DNA of 64,000 bases from a bacterium (GTDB lineage: Bacteria; Zhuqueibacterota; Zhuqueibacteria; Residuimicrobiales; Krinioviventaceae), in NCBI GenBank assembly GCA_963674595.2, contig CAXXFV010000016.1:640001-704000 (forward strand). The letters are read 5' to 3'. The position numbers and the translations under genes are program-made. Within the stretch, counting starts at the first letter, position 1. Each line of letters opens with the position of its first letter. A model generated the notes under the pieces. The model saw only the letters and a program-made list of their open reading frames with translations. It searched no databases and was not told the origin of the DNA. Below are positions 57,998 through 64,000 of the stretch, in pieces.

Positions 57998-59467
57998 CTA
58001 TAAACTAAACCAGTTTTTTAGCATGTTTTCCTGATATGGATCGGATTTTATATGATGATATTCATTTGTTTGTGAAGAATAGGTATAATCCTTTCCCCAT
58101 TCTTTTGCATTTTGGGCTATCTGACGAACAGCATCTGTAATAAAATACATTTCTTCATCTGTTGTAGTCGGATGAAAGGACATACGCACCCATCCCGGTT
58201 TTTCAGACAGATCACCATGATCAATTTTTTCCGTAATACGTTTTGATTTTTGAGGACCAACATGCAGCAAATAATGGCCATAGGTGCCGGCGCAGGAGCA
58301 GCCGCCTCGGACCTGTATCCCGAAACGGTCATTTAGCAGTTTAACGACAAGATTATAGTGTGTATTTTTAATATAAAAGGATATAATTCCCATTCGATGT
58401 TGTATATGATCTGCCAGGATGATTAAATTTGGAATTTTTTCCAGTTCGCTAAAGGCGATTTTTAACAATTGTTCTTCCCGGCTGAGAATTTTATCGACCG
58501 TCATTTGTTCTTTCAGTTTTATCGCCAGCGCAGCCTTTATAGTCTGTAAAAATCCTGGAGTTCCGCCATCTTCACGCACTTCAATATTGTCCGTGAATTT
58601 ATGATTCCCCCAGGGATTGGTATACTCTACAGTGCCGCCTCCCGGGTGGTCCGGGAATCTGTTGTGATAAAGATGAGAATCGAATATTAATACACCGGAC
58701 GAACCGGGTCCGCCTAAAAATTTATGAGGTGAAAAAAAGACGGCATCCAGTTTTTCTTCCGGATTTTCAGGATGCATATTTATAGCAACATAGGGGGCTG
58801 CTGCCGCATAGTCCACAAAGCAAAATCCGTCATGTTGGTGCATAATGTTCGCCATCTGATGAAAGGGCGGTTGAATACCTGTTACATTGGAGCCTGCTGT
58901 AAAAGAACCGATTTTTATCGGACGGTTTTTATGTTTTTTTAATTTTTTTTCCAAATCGTCCAGATCAACAAGTCCGTCAGCATCAGGACGAATCACTTCA
59001 ATATCTGCAATTGTTGTTAACCAGGAGGTATGATTGGAATGGTGTTCCATATGCGAAAGAAAAACAATAGGTTTTGTTGTTTTGTGTTCACATATAAATG
59101 AAAAACATTGTTCCGGGACTTTGAGCCCTAAAATTCTTTGAAATTTGTTGATAGCAGCCGTCATGCCGTAACCGGCATTGATGATAACATCGTGCGGACC
59201 GGCATTCACATGTTGTTTGATAATTTGATGCGCTTTCCGATAAGCCGACGTCATGGCTGTTCCGGTTATGCAGGATTCGGTGTGGGTATTCGCAACAAAG
59301 GGTCCAAAATCATTTGATATTTTATTTTCAATAGGGGCATATAAACGCCCACTGGCTGTCCAGTCGGCATAGACAATTTTTTTTGTACCGTAAGGGGATT
59401 CAAAATGTTGGTCAATTCCGACAATGTTTTGTCGAAACGGTTGGAAATATTTTTGGAGGTTATCCAT
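57998..59467 (-). CDS. Class V PLP-dependent aminotransferase (cysteine desulfurase-like)
   Basis: YADWTASG, EHHSN, GSNVTG, SPHKFLGG, GGTP, RGGCSCAG. Confidence 0.88.
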   Translation of the reverse strand: MDNLQKYFQPFRQNIVGIDQHFESPYGTKKIVYADWTASGRLYAPIENKISNDFGPFVANTHTESCITGTAMTSAYRKAHQIIKQHVNAGPHDVIINAGYGMTAAINKFQRILGLKVPEQCFSFICEHKTTKPIVFLSHMEHHSNHTSWLTTIADIEVIRPDADGLVDLDDLEKKLKKHKNRPIKIGSFTAGSNVTGIQPPFHQMANIMHQHDGFCFVDYAAAAPYVAINMHPENPEEKLDAVFFSPHKFLGGPGSSGVLIFDSHLYHNRFPDHPGGGTVEYTNPWGNHKFTDNIEVREDGGTPGFLQTIKAALAIKLKEQMTVDKILSREEQLLKIAFSELEKIPNLIILADHIQHRMGIISFYIKNTHYNLVVKLLNDRFGIQVRGGCSCAGTYGHYLLHVGPQKSKRITEKIDHGDLSEKPGWVRMSFHPTTTDEEMYFITDAVRQIAQNAKEWGKDYTYSSQTNEYHHIKSDPYQENMLKNWFSL

Positions 59468-59552
59468 AGGTTCCTTTTATGTTTTTCTTAATTGGTCTTA
59501 TTTATAAATATAGTCTTTTAAAAGTGTAATTTCAATATTGTTTGTAATGAAC

Positions 59553-59589
59553 AAAAAAAAGCCACACCTGATATTTGTGTGGCTTTTTT
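59553..59589 (-). terminator. Terminator downstream of the DUF1080 gene
   Basis: A8-gccaca...tgtggc-T6. Confidence 0.75.
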
Positions 59590-59593
59590 AACT

Positions 59594-60610
59594 TTATTTT
59601 AAAATCGGTCTAATGGTGATGTCTTTATACATGACCTTACCGTGATCTCCCTGTAAATAAATCGGACCCGGGGAAAATTGATCAGCGGTTAATGCACCGC
59701 CGGTTACACCTAGTAACGGCTGGTTGTCAATTATCGTTGTTCCATTCAGGATGACCGTGACATGCCGGTCGCACAGTGTAATATCAAAAGTTTGCCATTC
59801 ACCCGGTTTTTTTTCGGCAGCGACGCTTGGGGTAATTCGGCTGTATATGGCGCCCATGTTATGACTGTCCAGAGGTTTGCCATAGCTGTCATATACCTGA
59901 ACTTCATAAATGCCTCTTAAATAAATACCGCTGTTATTTCCTTTCGGCACGTTAACTTTTAATTTCAAGTTAAAATCTTCAAATTTTTGTACGGTTTTAA
60001 TATTGCCGTAATGAATATGCGGTTGTCCTTCAATCTGTACCGGATCATTAATCAGAACGCCGTCTTTTGCTTTAAATCCATTTTTTGAGTCCGGATTAGT
60101 TAATTCCCAACCATCAAGGTTTTTGCCGTTAAATAATGAAATGGATTTTCCATATTTAACTTTGGACAAATCGGGTTGAGCGGGCAGTGGTGGTATTTTT
60201 TTACCAAGAAATTTTGTAACAGAAACACCCAAACCGTCTTTTTGCGGTTCGAAATATTTTCCAAAAAGTTGGTCGCCGACACGTTCCAACTTTATCCAGT
60301 GTGTTATTTTATGTGTGCGAACGGGTTTACCGTTTTCATCTTTTTGAAGAACATTGTCTCTGTTTCGAGTAATAACAAGAACATCATTATCCATGTAAAT
60401 ATTGTCAACCGGATAAACACTTCCGCCATACCAGAGGACGTCGGCGTCCATATATCCGTTTTCCTGTTTTATATCAAGCCAGCCTGCGCCTCCGGGCAAA
60501 TATAAAGACCATCGTCCCAAAAAAGGTTCAATAGATGGCTGTGCCGATATTTGTGTTGTGATGATAATACAAGATAATAGAATTAACTGCATAGTTTTTT
60601 GTTTTTTCAT
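59594..60610 (-). CDS. Secreted DUF1080 (3-keto-disaccharide hydrolase-like) protein
   Basis: Signal peptide; LFNGKNLDGW, NSGIYLRGIYEVQ, GEWQ, GPIYLQGDHG. Confidence 0.88.
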   Translation of the reverse strand: MKKQKTMQLILLSCIIITTQISAQPSIEPFLGRWSLYLPGGAGWLDIKQENGYMDADVLWYGGSVYPVDNIYMDNDVLVITRNRDNVLQKDENGKPVRTHKITHWIKLERVGDQLFGKYFEPQKDGLGVSVTKFLGKKIPPLPAQPDLSKVKYGKSISLFNGKNLDGWELTNPDSKNGFKAKDGVLINDPVQIEGQPHIHYGNIKTVQKFEDFNLKLKVNVPKGNNSGIYLRGIYEVQVYDSYGKPLDSHNMGAIYSRITPSVAAEKKPGEWQTFDITLCDRHVTVILNGTTIIDNQPLLGVTGGALTADQFSPGPIYLQGDHGKVMYKDITIRPILK

Positions 60611-60735
60611 TATTTTCTCCTTTATTGTTCAGGCATGTAAAAAACAATTTTCTATTGATAGTGCGAAAAACAGGACATCTTTTTTCCGATGTTATTATAT
60701 AAAAAATATAGAGATTATACAAGAGTTATGTTGTT

Positions 60736-61500
60736 TTATTGTAATGCAGCTATTATAACAAGATCTTTTTCATTTTTAAATGGCGCTAATTTCAGGTCAC
60801 TGTAACAATTTATGTTTTTAAATCCTGCCGAGTTTAATAGTGTTAATAGTTCTTTTTTTCGATATGGATACAACATTGTGCTTGTTAATTGATTTTCTGC
60901 CGGTTGTTGTGCCCAGTCAATGGTTAACAGGTTGAAGCGAATTTTGTTATCCAAAAAGTCGTAAAAACGAATAAACTCCAGGTTTTCTTTTTTTTGTACG
61001 TTTACAATACGTTCCTGATTTTCGAGAATCCGGTCATAATTTAACAGTTGCAGAACCACCGCGCCATTCGGACGAAGCAGATTGTAAAAAGATGAAAAAA
61101 TATGTAAAAGTACGGTTGGGTCCAGTATATGTGGAATGGAATTACCAACACAGAACACGGCATCAGCTTTTTTCAGGCCAAGCGCATCAATTTTTTCCAT
61201 TGGCGATGTGATAAAATGAATGTTGACACCATAGTTATCGGCATTACTTTTTGCAGCCGTTATCATTTTTTCTGAAATGTCAATGGCAGTCACTTTTATG
61301 CCTTGCTGTGCCAGTAAAATTGAGTGGATACCGTTACCGCAGGCGGCATCTATGGCAGATTGCAGATGAAATTTTGAAATCATCTTTTTAATGTTTTCCT
61401 GCTCTCTCTCCATTCTGTTTGCAAAACGAGTCATGGAATTGTATTGCGGAGCAAGATTATCGTAAAATTTTTCGGGTTTGAAATCGTTTTTATTCATCAT
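60736..61500 (-). CDS. Class I SAM-dependent methyltransferase
   Basis: IDAACGNG, AIDIS..M, CVGNSIPH, LRPNG. Confidence 0.88.
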   Translation of the reverse strand: MMNKNDFKPEKFYDNLAPQYNSMTRFANRMEREQENIKKMISKFHLQSAIDAACGNGIHSILLAQQGIKVTAIDISEKMITAAKSNADNYGVNIHFITSPMEKIDALGLKKADAVFCVGNSIPHILDPTVLLHIFSSFYNLLRPNGAVVLQLLNYDRILENQERIVNVQKKENLEFIRFYDFLDNKIRFNLLTIDWAQQPAENQLTSTMLYPYRKKELLTLLNSAGFKNINCYSDLKLAPFKNEKDLVIIAALQ

Positions 61501-61502
61501 GT

Positions 61503-62549
61503 CTATTCTGCCGGACCTCTGGCGTGATCATATTTGTCAATATTTTGGTAATAATGCTGGTACTCCTGAGGTGTTATTGAATTTTGCCAAAATCCGGTCA
61601 TACTGGCAATCGTTGAACTGAGCAGGAAAAGAAGAACAATAATCACCGCATATAAAAAACCTTTGAGTTTATATTTATGTGATCGTGTAGACAGGTAAAG
61701 CGTTTTTTCTACGGGACAACTGTCAACACATTTAAAACAGGCATGGCATTCATCGGAAAAGACGTTTTTAGTTCGGTGAACCTGAATGTTTGAAGGACAT
61801 ATTTTGGTACATTTTTCACAGTCAATACATGTTTTCGTGTTTCTTCTGATTTTAAAAGGGCTTGACCAGCTCAGTGATCCCAGAAATGCTCCATAGGGAC
61901 AGAGGTACCTGCACCAGAAATAACGAATTAAAATTGAGAGCAATAACAAAGCGGCTAAAACACGAAATGTTGTTGACGACATGTCACTGAAAAATTGCAA
62001 CATTTTTATATCGGCGACCTTGTTATATGGACTGTAAATAAATTTTTGCAATTGCAAAACATCCATTTGAACAATGACGGCGTACAGGAAAAACAGCAAT
62101 AGGATATATTTGAGGCTCCTTAATGGATAATCAAGCCATTTGGGCAATTTGCGAGGTTTGTCGAAAATAAGAATATGAATTTTTTCCAGGTATTCGGACA
62201 GCAGACCGATGGGACAAATCCAACTGCAAAATCCTTTTTTTAGCAAAACCGCTGTTGCTATAATAACCAAAAGTATAATCAGGCCGGATGGATGTATGGT
62301 GTTGAAAACACCGGTTAAAATCCAGTATTTTAAACTCATTAAAGCGCTGATTGGTAAAAAGGCTTCCACACCCGGTGGACGTATTTGTGTCGGCAGTTGG
62401 CCCTGATCAAGTTGATTGACAAAAATAATAAATTCCAATCCAATCCATAATGTGACAAACAAAAATATAAACTGTACCACTTTACGGTAGTGTTGGATTT
62501 GGGCGGACAGGATCAAGTTTTTTATCTTGTTCAAAATATCATTTCTCAT
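61503..62549 (-). CDS. Membrane 4Fe-4S binding protein (NapH/YccM-like)
   Basis: FCSWICP, WCRYLCP, CIDCEKCTKICP, CHACFKCVDSCP. Confidence 0.88.
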   Translation of the reverse strand: MRNDILNKIKNLILSAQIQHYRKVVQFIFLFVTLWIGLEFIIFVNQLDQGQLPTQIRPPGVEAFLPISALMSLKYWILTGVFNTIHPSGLIILLVIIATAVLLKKGFCSWICPIGLLSEYLEKIHILIFDKPRKLPKWLDYPLRSLKYILLLFFLYAVIVQMDVLQLQKFIYSPYNKVADIKMLQFFSDMSSTTFRVLAALLLLSILIRYFWCRYLCPYGAFLGSLSWSSPFKIRRNTKTCIDCEKCTKICPSNIQVHRTKNVFSDECHACFKCVDSCPVEKTLYLSTRSHKYKLKGFLYAVIIVLLFLLSSTIASMTGFWQNSITPQEYQHYYQNIDKYDHARGPAE

Positions 62550-62575
62550 TTATACCGTGTTTTTTTATTGAAAGA

Positions 62576-62604
62576 AATATAGTGCGATAAGAAGTTTTTG
62601 TCAA
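62576..62604 (-). promoter_or_regulatory. Sigma70-type promoter of the 4Fe-4S gene
   Basis: Minus strand TTGACA-17 nt-TATATT. Confidence 0.6.
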
Positions 62605-62904
62605 GATAAATGCCAGGAATTGAATAAAATTGTAGCTAAAGGCGTTAGATATATTCAAGTATGATATTTCCAAATGAAATAAAAAAAACAGATGTTTAAT
62701 AAAATAAATAGTTTGATGCTTAACAAAAAATCCTTATCTTACTCGCTTTATAAATGCTGTTTAGAGATTGAAAATGTGCTGCCGGTACAGCTCTTGTGGG
62801 ACATGGGTGTTTATCTAAAAAAATGAATCAAAAAACAGTTTTAACCGTATTAAGTAAAATCGTTTTGACGTTTTGCGTCCTGGTTTAATTATTGTGATAG
62901 ATGA

Positions 62905-63669
62905 ATGATTATAGTTAAAAAAGTTATATTTCCATTTTTATTTCATGTTGGTAATTATACAAAATTACTTTTTAATACTGTTCGGGCATTAGCTGACGTA
63001 CGGACCTATGCCGGAAATGTGACCGGTCAAATGATTCGGATTGGTATCCAGTCCATACCATTGGTTGCTTATATTTCATTATTTATGGGCATGGTTGTGG
63101 CTTTACAGGCTGTTAAGCAATTTACCAGCACAGTCCCTCTTTACATTGCCGGGACTGTTGTGGAAAAAGCAATTTTACAGGAATTATCTTCGGTGATTAC
63201 GGCGCTTGTTCTCGCCGGCAGGGTGGGTGCTTCCACGGCTGCTGAAATCGGGACCATGAAAGTGACAGAACAAATCGATGCGCTGGAGGCTATGGCCTTT
63301 AATCCGATAGCTTTCCTGGTAGTCCCCAGAATAATTGCTGCCGCGGTTATGGTGCCGGTGCTGACCATTTTTTCAGCCGCAATAGCCATTTTGTCCGGTT
63401 TGATAACGTCCGTATCACTGGCTGATATTACAGCCTTTGAGTTTATTAAAGGTCTGCGCATGCACGCGCAAGCCCATGATTTTATACTTGCTTTGTCAAA
63501 ATCTGTGTTATTTGGAATTGCCATTGTTTCCGTTGCCTGCTACCAGGGTTTAAATGCAAAACAGGGTGCCGAAGGTGTGGGCAAAGCGGCAACAAATTCG
63601 GCTGTTATTGCCAGTTTAATGATCCTGACACTGGATTTTATAATGGCAACAATTGTACTTGGCTTATAA
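62905..63669 (+). CDS. mlaE: MlaE-family ABC transporter permease
   Basis: AGRVGA...AEIGTMKVTEQIDALE, LVVPR, GAEGVGKA. Confidence 0.92.
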   Translation: MIIVKKVIFPFLFHVGNYTKLLFNTVRALADVRTYAGNVTGQMIRIGIQSIPLVAYISLFMGMVVALQAVKQFTSTVPLYIAGTVVEKAILQELSSVITALVLAGRVGASTAAEIGTMKVTEQIDALEAMAFNPIAFLVVPRIIAAAVMVPVLTIFSAAIAILSGLITSVSLADITAFEFIKGLRMHAQAHDFILALSKSVLFGIAIVSVACYQGLNAKQGAEGVGKAATNSAVIASLMILTLDFIMATIVLGL

Positions 63670-63683
63670 AAAATATTTAAATA

Positions 63684-64000
63684 ATGATACGATTTGAAAA
63701 TGTAAAAAAGAGATTTGATGATCTCGTTGTTTTAAAAGGAATTGATCTGGAAATACAGAGAGGTATGGTAACGGCTGTTATCGGCGGAAGCGGTACCGGT
63801 AAATCTGTATTGTTAAAACATATCCTCGGACTTTTAATGCCGGATTCCGGACATGTTTTTATTGAGGATGTTCGGGTCAATGCCCTGAGCTATAAAGAAC
63901 TTGTTAACATGCGCCAAAAAATCGGTATGGTCTTTCAAAATGCCGCCCTTTTCGATTCTCTTACTGTTGCTGATAATTTGGCAATGGGCCTAAAGAGGCA
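63684..64000 (+). CDS. mlaF: MlaF-family ABC ATP-binding protein (3' truncated)
   Basis: MIRFENVKKRF...Walker A GGSGTGKS...GMVFQNAALFDSLTV; directly follows mlaE. Confidence 0.88.
   Translation, partial: MIRFENVKKRFDDLVVLKGIDLEIQRGMVTAVIGGSGTGKSVLLKHILGLLMPDSGHVFIEDVRVNALSYKELVNMRQKIGMVFQNAALFDSLTVADNLAMGLKR

Noticed and set aside
60736-61500. Methyltransferase as a possible ArsM for the ars operon
   Set aside because: Lacks the ArsM cysteine pattern and is in a separate, opposite-strand unit.
62760-62830. GC-richer patch in the long intergenic region before mlaE, possible ncRNA or riboswitch
   Set aside because: Only a 4-bp stem; no recognisable tRNA, cobalamin or SAM riboswitch motifs.
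46-63880. Numerous 60-180 aa ORFs antisense or out of frame within the main genes
   Set aside because: Shadow ORFs fully overlapping well-supported genes, with no motifs or RBS.
1-64000. CRISPR arrays, tRNA/rRNA, IS elements, prophage, retron/DGR or anti-phage genes
   Set aside because: No repeat-spacer pattern, cloverleaf, reverse transcriptase, recombinase or nuclease motifs were recognised by eye.

Overview
AT-rich, gene-dense bacterial chromosomal segment. The many secreted proteins ending in an LxQNYPNPFN...FlgD-Ig/T9SS-type C-terminal domain (CTD), and the style of TonB receptor, suggest an FCB-related lineage such as candidate division KSB1 or Calditrichota (inference). Left half (1-31.3 kb): an array of large CTD-bearing secreted enzymes (an FN3 protein, two paralogous M6 metalloproteases, two S8 serine proteases, one C25 gingipain-like cysteine protease). 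The array includes a multi-TM spermidine-synthase-like TPR protein and is interrupted by a minus-strand block (TonB receptor plus lipoprotein, marR-SDR-lipocalin, frameshifted GxGYxYP protein). Middle: housekeeping genes (rsmI, panD, MATE, tmk, S41 protease, ppdK, ALDH, purF, citrate synthase). Right: a metal/metalloid region (ferritin, COG0523 GTPase, a UroD/MtaA-like protein fused to two thioredoxin folds, Nramp, frameshifted YidE transporter, extended arsR-arsP-arsC-trx-trx-ccdA-rhodanese-mauE/doxX operon), then prpD-like, class V aminotransferase, DUF1080, methyltransferase, 4Fe-4S protein and mlaEF. No rRNA, tRNA, CRISPR array or transposase was recognised. All calls come from reading motifs by eye; no database searches were run.
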